Shown here: in pieces, positions 24,269-36,909 of the stretch
How the letters are laid out: every line of letters starts with the position of its first letter
How positions within the stretch are numbered: the first letter of the stretch is position 1
Source of the DNA: Callorhinchus milii
Lineage: Eukaryota
Length of the DNA: 64,000 bases
Direction of reading: 5' to 3'
NCBI RefSeq assembly: GCF_018977255.1
Contig: NW_024704746.1
Coordinates: 39,990,001 to 40,054,000 of the forward strand
Translations under genes and position numbers: made by a program
The notes under the pieces: model-generated
Database searches by the model: none
Told to the model about the DNA's origin: nothing
What the model saw: only the letters and a program-made list of their open reading frames with translations

Positions 24269-24987
24269 TATCTTAATAAGATGGAATTAAATGACAGGTT
24301 TAACAACAAAATAGGTATTTCTTTATTGTTCGGACAGGGTAGAGCATGATAATAAAACACTTGTTTCCAAATGTAGGTCTGCGTCTGATGTGGCTTCAGT
24401 TACTATAAATTACATCACTGACACTTTATTTTACAGCTAATATGAGGATTTCTCCAAATGTGATCTTGTGTGCTCTCCAGAGCATCACTTGGGATGCACA
24501 ACATGGCAAAGAGATTGGAATCAGAATTGACAAGAGACTTAACCAATTGTACCTCTGAATATATATGGTAACAACCTCGTCTGAGACAAATTGTACAATG
24601 CCCCGATTTCATTTCACTTATGATTCATAAAGCCACTGTGTACAAATACTAAAAATAAAGAATCTTGTTGCCATCTTGACAATTTTTAACAAACACAGAT
24701 GCACAAGATTTGATGTGAGAAGAATATTTTGGTCAGGAAATTACTCTGCACTTTTCCAGTTTCACAAAGGAGGTTTTAAAACTATAAAGTGACAGCAGCA
24801 TGCACACAACTGAATGCAACAAAACAAAGTCAGATATAATATTCATAATAATAATCCTTGCATTTCACATGACCCCTTATCACATAGTTTTAACGTCTCA
24901 AAACGCTTCACAAGATTTTACTGCTTGATGAAGCAGATTTTTTTTTGTAGTATACTGAATGCATTTGTGGGCAAATTGGATCATATG

Positions 24988-25308
24988 TGTGGAGTCCTGT
25001 AGCTCAGTGGTTAGAGCACTCGCTTTGCAAGTGAGAGACCTGAGTTCAATTCCAGGCAGGGCGAAACCATGGGCAAGTTTCCTTACTCCACACAGAGCCT
25101 GATAATAATCCCTCCAAAACCAAAAACAATAATAAATGGGTCATTTTCAATCTACAACTGTTTGTGGGACATTGCTGTGCGCAATTGGCTGCCGCGTTCG
25201 CCCACAAATATACAGTCAATTCACTTTACAGTATATTCTGTGAAGCGCTTTGGGATGTCCTCCCGACGTGAAAAGCGCTATATCAAATGCAAGGATTATT
25301 ATTATTAT
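24988..25308 (+). mobile_element. Young full-length tRNA-SINE (best reference copy in the window)
   Basis: A box tagctcagtgg, anticodon-like loop tttgcaa, B box agttcaattcc, 3' Deu-like segment, L2-type stem-loop tail and (ATT)n. Older SINE fragments flank it at 24846-24980 (-) and 25325-25515 (+). Confidence 0.92.
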
Positions 25309-25819
25309 ATTCCTGAGATATTGAAAAGTCTATCCTGGTGTCCTGACCAACAACCCTGCAGATATCATTGGTCATTCACTTGCGGCTGTTTGTGGGACAT
25401 TGGCTGTGGTGTTCACCTACAAAATACACAGACGCTAAACAGCATATCCTGTGACATGCTTTGAGACATCCTCCAGATATGAAAGGCGCTACATCAACTG
25501 TAAAGATTATTATTTTATAAACGTTTGTTACTGTAATCAATCTTTCGTGACAGTTATCAAATTGATCTTTTCAGCTCTAAAGATAAATGCAGGTACAGAT
25601 CCCAACATTTAAAAGATTGACATTTGGAGTGGACAGAACCAAAGATGTTGTTTTATTTTCTCTGTTGCTGACAATGTCACTCGTTTGCAACCAGGTCTCT
25701 GGAGAATAGTTTCCTAGTCCATGATCATATATTATTCCAAGTAACCGAGGATTTTAAAATACACATCTAACTTTCAAGGAGTACAGTGCAGCCTTTACCT
25801 ACTGTTCCCATGCCCTAGC

Positions 25820-25950
25820 AGATGGGGGAAGCAGGAGAGCGAGGCCACAGAAGATCACAGAGATAAGGGAATTGCGAGGGGATTTGTATGTGAGGATCTT
25901 GAAGTTGATCTTCTGCGAGTCAGTGGAGCTTAGCGAGGGCGAGCATGTGG
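25820..25950 (-). mobile_element. Short L2 fragment
   Basis: The minus strand encodes QKINFKILTYK, matching the L2 RIDFKIL..TYK motif. Confidence 0.6.
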
Positions 25951-26323
25951 AAGTTGAGCTTAATTCAATCAAGTAAGGCAAATTCTTGTAAATATACTCT
26001 ATTATACCAGGCACAAGAGACACTCATTCCACTTAGCTTGCTCAGTCAGTTTACTTTAGAATATGAATTGGCCAATTTTCATGTTTGTTGCCCTTGATTC
26101 CCCACTTGAATTAGAAGTCTACCCAATTCTCTTTTAACACAAGTTTTAAGATTTGTTTCTGGAGTAATATTGGCTTCACTTTGTGAACCACGTAGTAAAC
26201 CTGTAATTGTACCCTCCTTGTATAAATTTCCAGAGCCCCACAATGCCAGCGTGGCTGAGTTATTCTCACTCTTGATTCTAACTCAGAAGGATGTGGGCTC
26301 AAGTCCCCCATTGTGACTTTGAC

Positions 26324-26516
26324 TGTGGAGTCCTGCAGCTCAGTGGTTAGAGCACTCACCTCAAAAGTGAGAGACCTGTGTTTGTTTCCCGGCAGGGCCA
26401 AATGTTGGGCAAGTTTCCTTACTCCACACCCTCTGTTTACCTAGCAGTAAGTATCGAACCCAGGTCCTCTCACTTGCAAGGCGAGTGCTCTAACCACTAA
26501 TCAACAGGACTCCACA
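26324..26516. repeat. Fold-back element made of two inverted SINE 5' heads
   Basis: tgtggagtcctgcagctcagtggttagagcactc... pairs with ...gagtgctctaaccactaatcaacaggactccaca. Confidence 0.85.
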
Positions 26517-27372
26517 TGATTGCTAGGAGACAAGTTGTTTTGTGGTTATATTGTCTCTTCCCAGAGTATGGCCTGGAAATCAGTGTTGTCAGTGGATTAC
26601 ATTGCGCATTTTACAGCACACTTTTCGTGGGTTGCACTCCTTTCTCCGCTACCCTTTCTCCCTTCCCCATTTGATTTTTAAATATTAAAAAAAATCTTTA
26701 CTGCAGCACACCAGGTTAGAATTCAAAAGAAATATTTTGCAAGTGGTATTTTCCAGATTTTTATTGAGGGTTATTAAGATGATTACTTTTCTTTATTAGA
26801 CAGCTGGTTTTCGAGCATCCTTGCCTAGCTTGTTGATGTAAATAGAACCTGAAGCCAATTTCAAAATCTTTGTACAGTGCGAAGCAGAGAGTGAAATGTT
26901 GATGTAGAAATTTCTTAGAATTAGTAGCTGTGCCCAGGGAGGGTAGGCATTGCAATTAAACCATGAGTTTGAAAACTGTCCTACCCTGTGGGAGCACATT
27001 CATAATTAAGTCCCACATGGGGCTCCGTCAGTAGAGAAAGGCTGGTCTGAAGCAGGGGCTTTTGTGAATATTGATTAGATTTTTTTTACTAGTTTACATC
27101 AAAACAAAATTCAATAAAAATTGTTCAAGAGCTGTACATATTAAGCAAATGCCGAGACAATAATTGATGCACATCTCCTTTATCTATATGAGGTTTACAT
27201 ATTCATTATACTGGTTCCTGCAGCATACACCATCCACTGAAAGTCAGAGAATTATTCATTTGCAGTATTGCAGAACATTACTTATAGACTTTTGCTTTAA
27301 AAACAAGTAAAGGCTACTACTACTTTCTACACGTGATATTTCTTCTTTTGGAAATTATTTTTGGGAAAGCTG

Positions 27373-27710
27373 CAGCCGAGTGTCTGACGCTTGAGGCTGC
27401 ATCATAATGCTTAAGTGTATCAACACCAGACAGAGTTCTACAAATCTATGCCACCTTCACACGGAAATTTCCCTGTATCTGGAACGCAATACACACTCTC
27501 TCCCAAGAGGGACGGACGCTGTTTACCTAATTCCAGAACTTATTCAGCGCAGGTTTGCAAGATTCAAGGCCTGCGGTCTCCAGAATGTGCTTGAGTTTTA
27601 CCACCTAAAACCATACAACATGCCATTGAAAGTACTGTCCGGCAAATTTCCTGCTGCTTGTCCAGCTGAGACCACCCTACCCATGACAGTTTAGCTTCAA
27701 GGTTAAAAGG
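27373..27710 (+). repeat. Unclassified interspersed repeat, copy A
   Basis: Shares cactctctccc..agggac..acctaattccagaa and gctgcttgtcca blocks with the copies at 31.3, 33.7, 35.8, 36.8 and 40.2 kb. Confidence 0.75.
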
Positions 27711-27869
27711 AAAAAAAAGGGAAGAATCCTTGTTCCCAGTAAAATGTTAGCGTATTGTCAGTGCGTGCATAAATGGCAACAAGCAAGAGAAATGGAGCGC
27801 TGCTGGTGTGAGGCAAGTGGTAGTCAACACCAACCTCCATTTGTCAGTGTAAATGAGTTGGTAGACATC

Positions 27870-28203
27870 ACATCCGCCCCATCCGCCACATTGCCCCCCT
27901 CCCACCGGACCTTACCCCAAATACAGCCGAAACCCTCGTGCTTGCGTTTTTCACCTCCCGCTTGGATTATTCCAACACACTCCGGTCTTCCGAGCTCCAC
28001 ATTCACAAGATCCAGCTCATTCAAAACTCTGCCGCCCGCATACTAACCCCAAACTCCATACCCACATCTCCAGTTCTGGCCAGGCTCCACTGGCTCCCCA
28101 TCACCGACTGGATCGACTTCAAGATCCTCACTCCGCCACTGTTAAAGCTATCTGAGATGCTACCATGCATGCAGGGCGCTATATAAGTGCAAGTTGTTGT
28201 TGA
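27870..28203 (+). mobile_element. Internally deleted L2 fragment
   Basis: AFFTSRLDYSN...KIQLIQNSAARILT...PVLARLHWLPITDWIDFKIL is joined directly to the L2 tail. Confidence 0.85.
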
Positions 28204-29424
28204 TATTATGAAATTTGAAGCCATATAAATAGCTGAGAGAAATCTACACTTGGTTCATACCTGTCAGAGTTCTTCCTATGCAAACCATTGTAGTTCTTGG
28301 GGTATTCATTGTGAGTCCACTACTTTTGGACAACCTTTATGCAGCTTGTCACAAACACTGTGTGGACAACTTCCACCCAATGTCTTGCTCAGCTCGTGCA
28401 CCTATGTGGACGATATTAATGCTACAAAATTGAGAAAGTTTTTGCAAAGAAGTCACAGTTACAGTCCAATTCCGAGGCAAATGCAATTATGGAAGTTTTC
28501 CCACTGGAGCTTTTAGTTAACAGAGTCCACAGATAATCAGAGAGATGGTAGATTTTACAGAGCATCTTTGACACAGCTGCTTTCCTCAATTCTTTTTTTA
28601 ATCTATAACAAGGTCAAGATAACAACAACAACAACAACAAATTACATTTATAGAGGGCGCTGGACAGTCAGGGGTGGAAGACGTGGAGAACAAGAAGTGG
28701 ATTCCACGATTTAAGCTTTTTGAGAATGCTATAATCATTCAGAGTAAAATAGTGAACAAAAAATGAACCTTGAATAAAAAAAATTCCCCACATTTATGGA
28801 AGAATGAGGTCGATGCTCACTTACATAGCGTGCTTTGTGTATGTGCCTTATCCAATGATACTGCAGACTGTCACCCCGGGAACAGGAAGCAAAGAGGATA
28901 TGACAGTAAATGACAACTCTAGTAGTAAATGAGTGAAGCCTAGTTTTATTACTTTTGTCCCTGACAGAGTTATCTCTTTCTAACTACCAAGGATTATGAT
29001 ATAATGTCATTGTAATAAGAAGTGATATTTCAACTAGTGTGAACTTATGAACATTCTGTCTCATAGCAGTTTCAAATAACAGGTATCTTTCAGACTCAAA
29101 TTGAATCAGTTAAACTCCCAATGACTGACATAATTTTCTCGTTATTTTTCACCTGCGTGACCTTGCCAGTGCAGTGCTGCATTGCATCGAGCGAGAGCCA
29201 TCAGACAATGGAGTGTGACCTGTGTAAATAGTGTGCTTCTCAAACCAATCTGTGGCAATCCACAAAGCTTGTACCATGCTATCATGGAGGGGGTAATATT
29301 CAGATAATATCAATACAGTGCTCAAGATAGGGCCACTGACATTTCATTGCTATGCTATGGAGATGATCTGGCTCAGCTATTCCATGTCATCATTGATTTA
29401 ACTTGTAAATAGCATGTATAATTA

Positions 29425-29720
29425 TGCAGAATGATATGGCGCAGAGATAGGTTATTCAGCCCAACTAATATATGCCAGTATTTACAGTTTATAGTGTATG
29501 GTTTGCACTCCACCCTCCCTATTCCCCTCTCCTATACTACTCTATTCCATTCTTCCTCACATTTATCAACCTTCCTCTTAAATAAATAAATTGATGATAT
29601 TTCCCCTTTTAATATCATAGCTTCCAGCCAGTGAGTTCCACATTCTCACCATTACTCTGCATTCAGAAGTTTTTTCTAAACTGCCTTATAGATTTACTAC
29701 CAGCTGGTGTATATTTATGC
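29425..29720 (-). mobile_element. Degraded CR1 3' end
   Basis: ggttattcagccca...gagttccacattctcacca pattern typical of antisense CR1 termini. Confidence 0.55.
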
Positions 29721-31261
29721 TTACAAGTATTCCATACAGTTGTGAATTAGTACAGTAGTAAAGAGATTGTTCTCCACTTGCGAGGAAACAATCCTAGACA
29801 TCACAGTAACATCAACTAGGCCATTCCCTTCCTGAACAATAGAACCAGGGTGATAAAGATGACAATAAGATCTATTAGGAATCTCTCATCCACACACCTG
29901 TTCAACAACAACTAAAACAAATCGCATTTATACAGTGCCCTTCACGCTAGTAGCGTCTTAGAGTGCCGAAAGTCTTTGAAAGTCTTCAGTTATTTGTTTT
30001 AAAGCAGAAGTTTGAAACAGTCACGGAAGAACATGCTGAAACATACTTAAAATGAAACAACTGACACTTGACAATGCCAAAACAATGCCGAATAGATCAG
30101 TATGTCAATATATCAATATATATATATGCTGAATATATTGTGGTCCTAATATATCAATTTCTAGGCATTGCGGATTATGCATACATCTAGATAGATACAA
30201 TTCTCTGGTAAATGGGTGGTATTAAGCTCATATCCTGAGCAAACTGTACTTTTTGCTCTATATTGCAAGATGTGGACCCATTTCCGTCTCTCCACACACA
30301 AATGTGCTCAACTTGTGCATGTCCAGTGCCGTGGGACGTTTTTCCAACGTGATGGGCGCTATACAAGCGTAATTTGTTGTTGTTTCTAGATTATGTTTTT
30401 TTGCCCTGCTCCCCTTTTTCTTACCATTTTGTTGCAATGCAGCAAGTTTGTAAGGCATCAGTTGTGATGCATTGGTAAAAAGGGGACAGCAACAGATTTC
30501 ACTTTTAGGTGGTATGCTTGTGAGACTCTTTCCACCCGGGCTGAGTCCCCGATTGCCAATTTTAAAAAGAGCATTGGCGGCAGATAATAATTATCTCATC
30601 AATATTTATTTGGCTGTCAAATAAAATAGCAGTTCCAGTGCATTGACGCACTAACAACGCACAGTGCATTGACGTAGACATAGATGCATCAAATTAAATT
30701 AAAATTCTGCTCAAATTCTTTTTTTAAAACTGGAGAAAAATATTCGCACGTGAGATATAAATAGAATATGGTATGGGTGGAACATATGTCGGATTTATAG
30801 TTCCCCATTGTTTGATGCCCTATATAAAACTCACTTGCTGTGAGTTACAGGATTATTCAAATCAAATGGAAATTACTGTAATTTGTAACCCCTCTAGCAT
30901 TTTGTAGTCTTTCTTTCTGGTATCCATTTTTATGTGAATAATAATTCCTGTTCTAGAGTAAACACCGTAGAAGCTGGCACAATGATCAGAATGACTGCAC
31001 AACACATTGCTCATTCTGCAGATTCAAAGTTTTGGATGGAAAATGTGGCTGGCATCCTTACAACTTCACAAATTCATTTGTGGAATATTGCTGTGTGCAA
31101 ATTGGCTGCTGCGTAATCCTCTGGGGGGGGGGGGAGGGGTGTGGGGAGGGAGGTAAGCAGGATCTCCTTGGAGCTGAACAGGCTCCAAGATTTGCCGACG
31201 CAATGTCGGAATTGAGCCAGCCCTCTGTGACAGTCTCGATGGTCCGTTTCCTGAGCCAGGC

Positions 31262-31890
31262 AGGTCCGCAGTATTCGAGGGCACTGCTGATGACAGCACA
31301 GCCAGCAAGGCTCATTGGTAGGACTTGGAAGGGCAGACCAGTCACTGGGGGCAGGGAAATGGAAATTACCACTCAGCTCCTGTTAACGCTGCAAGCCAAA
31401 CCCCTAACAAGTAGGGTGGACAAGCAGCAGGAAAGCTTACCAGACAGTGCTATCAATGGCAAGCTATGTGGTTTTAGTTGGGTAGACTGCAACGCATACT
31501 CTAGGGTCCCCAAGCCTTGGCTCTGGCTAACCTGCGCCTAACACTTTTTGGAATTAAATAAGGAGGATGCGTCCCTCCAGGGAGAGCAGGGACCTCTCCG
31601 CCAGTCTCTTAAATAAGTTGTATTTTTTTTTAAGCTTTAATCCCAACCTTGGAAAAGCACTTGCTGTTGCATCATATCTATCAAAAGCCATCTTCATGGT
31701 TTCTTTTGAGTGAAACGACCAATTTCATGTTGGATTTATGGGCAATGGCACGGAATGCGCACTCCGTTTGTTGGAGTGCGCACTCCATTACCTCTGGAAC
31801 TTCCATGAGTGGGATGGATACCCTTAAGCATGTGTCCGCATGCTCTTACTCATAAACGGGTTTCTGCATGTGTCAGAGACCTGTCAGACC
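31262..31890 (-). repeat. Unclassified repeat, copy B (interrupted about 31600-31750)
   Basis: Collinear with 40205-40680: gaccagtcactgggggcaggga, ggacaagcagcag.aaagctt.ccagaca, atcaatggcaagctatg. Confidence 0.75.
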
Positions 31891-33109
31891 AATAAAAAGT
31901 GTTTGCCTACACAAATAAACAGAGACTACACTTACAGCATATTGTGTAAAGTACTTTGTGATACCCTCCTGCGTTAAAGGTACTATATCAAATCCAAGAA
32001 TTATTATTATATGATTATTACTATAATTAGATGATTATTAATAATAAAACATGATTTTTGTTTCCCTCTTCTGTAAACTCTAATGTACATTCATGCCGGG
32101 GAGCGCTAACAGGCAGAAGGGGGTGGGGGGCGGGGGGGGGGAGTAAAAGTAAAAGAAACAAAGAATCGGTTTCTATTTTATCTCTTGTTAGCTTTACTCA
32201 TCAGGAGACTGATGGTGATAAACTGCTCTGATAGGTCAGTGTGAAGACACCGCTGGGTTCTCAAGCTGGGTGTAATGAGTGTCTGATGCAGCTAAAACAT
32301 TAAGCAAGCCTCAGATTTCCGCAGGTTCGCCCGCTCCTGCAGGTCTACGAAATATACTGTCACTACATTTTACAATAAATCCAGTAAATCCTGTCAAGCC
32401 CTTCGAAGGTTCCTCCCAATATGAAAGGCGCTACATAAAATGCAATGATTATCATTATTTTTATTACTCTCTGTGACTTCCCTGTTAAATATTTCTCGAG
32501 TTCCACAGCTGTTTCTTACTAGATGGTATTTCGTACCAGAGGTGCAGGCAAACAAAGCAACGGATACATTGCACTTGTCAATTTGCATACAGATGTCCCT
32601 GTACAGTCAGAAATATCTACCCTATAATTGGAATTTTTCCCACACAACATCAAAGAATCACTGGGCAGATAAGGAGAATGACATGACAGAATGATGGGAT
32701 GAATAGCAGCCAAGTTCTGATGGCTCAGTGGGTACTCAATGAAATGAGTTTGGATAGTCTTAACTCGGCTCCTAGGGGCATGACAAAATTGTCCATAATC
32801 TGGCATGAAATTGGTTGTTTCACTCAGAGAAGTTATGAGGATGTCTGTTGGTAGATACGATGCAACAGCGAGTGATTTTCCAAAGCTGGGATTAAAGCGT
32901 CAAAAAAATACAACACATTTAAGAGACTAGAGCGAAAACCAGTCATTTCTTCCTAGATCAACACTGTTCAAATCTGATGGTGTCAAAGCGAGCACCTGAA
33001 GGTTACGAACCTAATCAAAATATTTTGTTAAAAAACACTTTTTCTGCATAAATATTAAGCCATGTTCTTAAACTATTTCATACAATAATTATAATAATCA
33101 TCAAAATCA

Positions 33110-33660
33110 TCATCCCTCAAATAAAATTGGTCATTCTCTTCATGGCTGTTTGTGAGACACTGGGTGTTCGCCCACACACAAAACATCACACTACTTTACA
33201 GTAAGATCAAGTGCTTTGAGACGTCTTCCCGACGTGGAGGGTGCTATATCAAACATAAGAGTTAAGGATTATTATTGTTTATTCTGAGATCATTCAGAAA
33301 TACAATGATAATAATAATTCTTGCTTTTGATATAAAGCCTTTCACATCATCGGGACATTCCAAAGTGCTTCACAGGATTTATTGTGAAGTGGATTGACTG
33401 TGTATTTTGTGGATGAAACACAGTAGCCAGTTTGCAAACGGGAGTGTCCGATAAATAGCCGTAGAGTGAGTGACTAATTTTATTTTGGGGGATTGTTGGC
33501 CAGGATATCGGGAGAAACTCCCTTCTCTTTTTGATACCATGGGATCTTTAATGTCCGCTTGAACAGGCCGACAGAACCTCGGTCCAACGTTTCATCTGAA
33601 GGATGGCACCTCCAATAATGCAACGCACCCAGGCACTGGATTGGAGCATCAGCCTTCAGC
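33110..33660. mobile_element. Tail-to-tail SINE pair (33110-33278 +, 33307-33660 -)
   Basis: Two family tails face each other across about 30 bp; the minus copy includes the Deu core. Confidence 0.8.
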
Positions 33661-33746
33661 AAACGATTTAATTCTGCTCTGAACAGAATCACTGCCGGGC
33701 ATTTCAGTTTAACTATTAAAGAGCCATTAGATAGTTTTTATTTCAG

Positions 33747-34110
33747 GCAGCCAGGTGTCTGACAATGCAGAAACACATAACCATGCTTAAGAGTATCCAA
33801 ATCAAACTGGAATCCCATCCCCTTAAGAGTATCCCACCTACACATGGAAATTTCAGAGACAGATTGTTGGAACAGAATATACACTCTCTCCCTGGAGGGA
33901 CACATCCTGTCACCTAATTCCAGAAAGTATTAGGCACAGGCTGGCAAGAGCCAAGGCTTGGGGACACCAGTGTGTGTGTTGGGGTACTGTTGGAGTCTAA
34001 CCGGCTCCAAGCTTTCCCGCTGCTTGTCCAACTAGGACCACGCTACCTGTCCGTTAGAGCTTTAGCTTACAGGATTAATCAAAGCTGATTCCCTGCCCCC
34101 AGTGTTGGTT
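33747..34110 (+). repeat. Unclassified repeat, copy C
   Basis: cagccaggtgtctgac...cttaagagtatcc...acctaattccagaaagtattagg...ccctgcccccagtg. Confidence 0.8.
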
Positions 34111-36909
34111 GCTTTAGACTTGAACTGCCACGGGCTGAGTAACTTTTGAAAACATGTTAAACGTTTTGCTCCTTACTAAATTTGCCACTCTGCTGATTTT
34201 ATTGTGTCGTCCTTTACATTACGTTCTTCTGAGTTGACAAAAAGTTCAGAAAATGTTTTGACGTGAAACCATTGAATAAAATCCTTTAAACTGCATTGCA
34301 TTCCAATAGTCCCCTTCAACTTCAAAATGTTAATCTATACTTAAACTTCTAAAGGTTGAATAGTAAATAAGTGCCTCAAATTTATTATTGAAATGAAGGT
34401 CATTTTCTAAAGATTAAGATAAGTCATGCCTGGATTTGACAATTACCTTACTATTTTGAGAAATCAGATTCAGGAATTTAATCAAGTGCTGCTTTTTAAT
34501 GTCTCTTGAATCTAATTTGTACTTTAATAACCTGTTAACCAGAACAATGGAGCTTGGGCTGCTATTTTTGACAAAATCTCTATATGGATCTGCAAAGCAG
34601 TCCACAGTTCCTGCTGTTTTACTGTGAAGCTATACGTTTTGCTGGACATAAAATGACATAATGTGTGTTGGAGCACTGCCCGTTGATCAATTCTACTTTG
34701 CTCACATAGGTAATGAACATAAGGCATTAAGTTGCAAGGCATTCATTTAGCAGAGATTTTCAGATGACAGATCCCAAGGGGTTTGTCATCATCAGCAAAA
34801 ACTGTCAACCAATGTGCTGCCCTGAATTGCTTCATATCCTTTGTGTGCAGAGCCATTACAACTAACGGCATGATTGGCAACTGTAATGGTTTGTTTTTCT
34901 AGCAGATACATTAATATGTAGTGTAATGTGCTCGCTTGCATTTTAGTTCTGTTTCTCTGAATCTTTAACTGGCGATTTAAAGCAATATTAAATATCAATT
35001 AATGTTATAAATTAAATATTGTAAATTCATTATAAAGCCATTACTAATATTAAGTATTCTTCATTTATATAAAAAGTGAGGGAATGGCATCGCACATTAA
35101 CAGGAATCCCATTAAGGGGAAGCTTGCTGCATACATGAGCATGAAGTAAATAGGAGAAGGTATTTGGAGGGATGGAGGCTCATTGGAGTATAAACGTATG
35201 CATATATGAGTTGAATGGCTGTTTTCATGCTGTATCATTCTCTCTAATTCAATCAACTACTATAACCTGAGCAATATTCCTCTAGATGAACTGATCATTC
35301 ACTTCATGGTAATTTGGGAACCTCTCTGGTACAAATGGTCACTGGATTTGTCCACATAAATTACACAAGAGTAAATACTGTAAGGTGTGATAAAGCCTTA
35401 TAAAATGGAAGTTTATTTTTAGCTACATTTTAAGGCAGTTTGTATAATCCAATCCATAGATGTCTGCCAGCAAAAGGGTTAATATGTGCTTGTATTTATC
35501 TTCCAAAGTCAATGAACTGCCTGGAACACTGCACATCAGATAAACCCAATAAAATCTATCAGGTGCCTTACGGGAACCAATTGAATGCAGAACTCATTTA
35601 CTTTGGGAAGTTTGCAAAAATCATCCTTCTCTTTCTGCCAGTGCTTCCTCAGCGCTTGGATTACTGCGAAAGGGGCACAGCTTGCTTATGGTCAATTATG
35701 CAATATTTGGTTGGCAGATACATCTGACTCAGCCACTTGGTACATTGTTAGGAATTAAAAAGGAAGTTAAACAATGAAGAACAACAAATTACATTTGTAT
35801 AGTGCCTTTTGCCAACTTTGCCTAATAAATTCTGGTATTAGATGAACAGGATGCATCTCTCCAGGGAGAGAAGGGGTACATTATTCCAGACAAATGGAAA
35901 TTTTCATTGTAGAAGTTTCAGCACTCCGAGTTGTTACCCTATATGAAGGGTGCTCTGAATGCAAGGTTTTGGTGTTAGTGAAATGCAGAACTATCAAGCA
36001 TGGTCGTAGGTTTCCCAGTGTATTAGACACCAAGTTGACCATTTTTTTTATATATAAAAAATCATCATCTTATCTTAAGGAGGTTACGAGAGTTCCTCGG
36101 AAATAAGGCTCTTTAAATGTGGCCTCAGTGGAAATATCCTGTGAGCTGCTAAAGTTATCAAAATTGCAGAAAGATTTCTCATTTCATAAAGCCTGCTCTC
36201 TAGTTCCCTATGCAATTCTTACATCCAAAAGCAAATTTTCAACAAAGTTGCAATTAGAATAACAGTTATCTTTGCATTGAACCTTCACTGCATTCATTTG
36301 TCTTGAGTTTCCTGTGTCAACAGAGATTAGGCTAAGCCCCAAGTCATTCCAACAATGTATTTTCTAACAGAAACACTGTATTTGTCATTAATCATAAAGT
36401 AATGAAGCTTTCAAAGTAGATTTATGTGGAGTTATAAAAGTCTTGAATATGAAATTAAGTCTGGTGCCATATCATGAAAATGGAGAATCAATGCTGAGCA
36501 GTGACATACACAACAATTAACAGTACTGGCCAGGAATTGAAACTCAATAACTGGACAAGTAACTTCTTACTGAACAAGGCTGACTGGAATCAACCACCTG
36601 TCACTCAATCTAAACTTAAGATACTGAGATGATGGAATGTTTCTCAAATTACTAAATGGTAATAAACAACTTCTGCAAGTTTAGACACAGAGCACGGAGG
36701 CCACCGTAAAGTAAGCACTCTCCCCATTTTACCAGGAACAGGTGGTATTCTCCCTACAAGTGCTAGTGAATTTTGACAGACTATTCTAACAACGGCAAGT
36801 TATATGTTTTTTGCTGGTTAAACTCCAATAGTTCCCAAATGCAAACTCTGGGATCCCCAAGCCTTGGCTCTTGCCAACCTGTAGAATTAGGTAACTAGTT
36901 GTCTCTCCA

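Noticed and set aside
24990-25065. tRNA-Ala-like gene
   Set aside because: It is the head of a SINE that continues into body and tail; the acceptor stem is poorly paired and there are multiple diverged copies.
25069-25464. Recurrent ORFs ending in [10 protein letters not shown] or containing DPMALF
   Set aside because: These are chance translations of SINE tails and Deu cores, not a protein family.
31122-31152. G-quadruplex-like G runs (also 32119-32142)
   Set aside because: Low-complexity G tracts; they are C-rich on the transcribed strand and have no further support.
35910-35970. Penelope-type hammerhead ribozyme remnant
   Set aside because: The CUGANGA core could not be placed on either strand.
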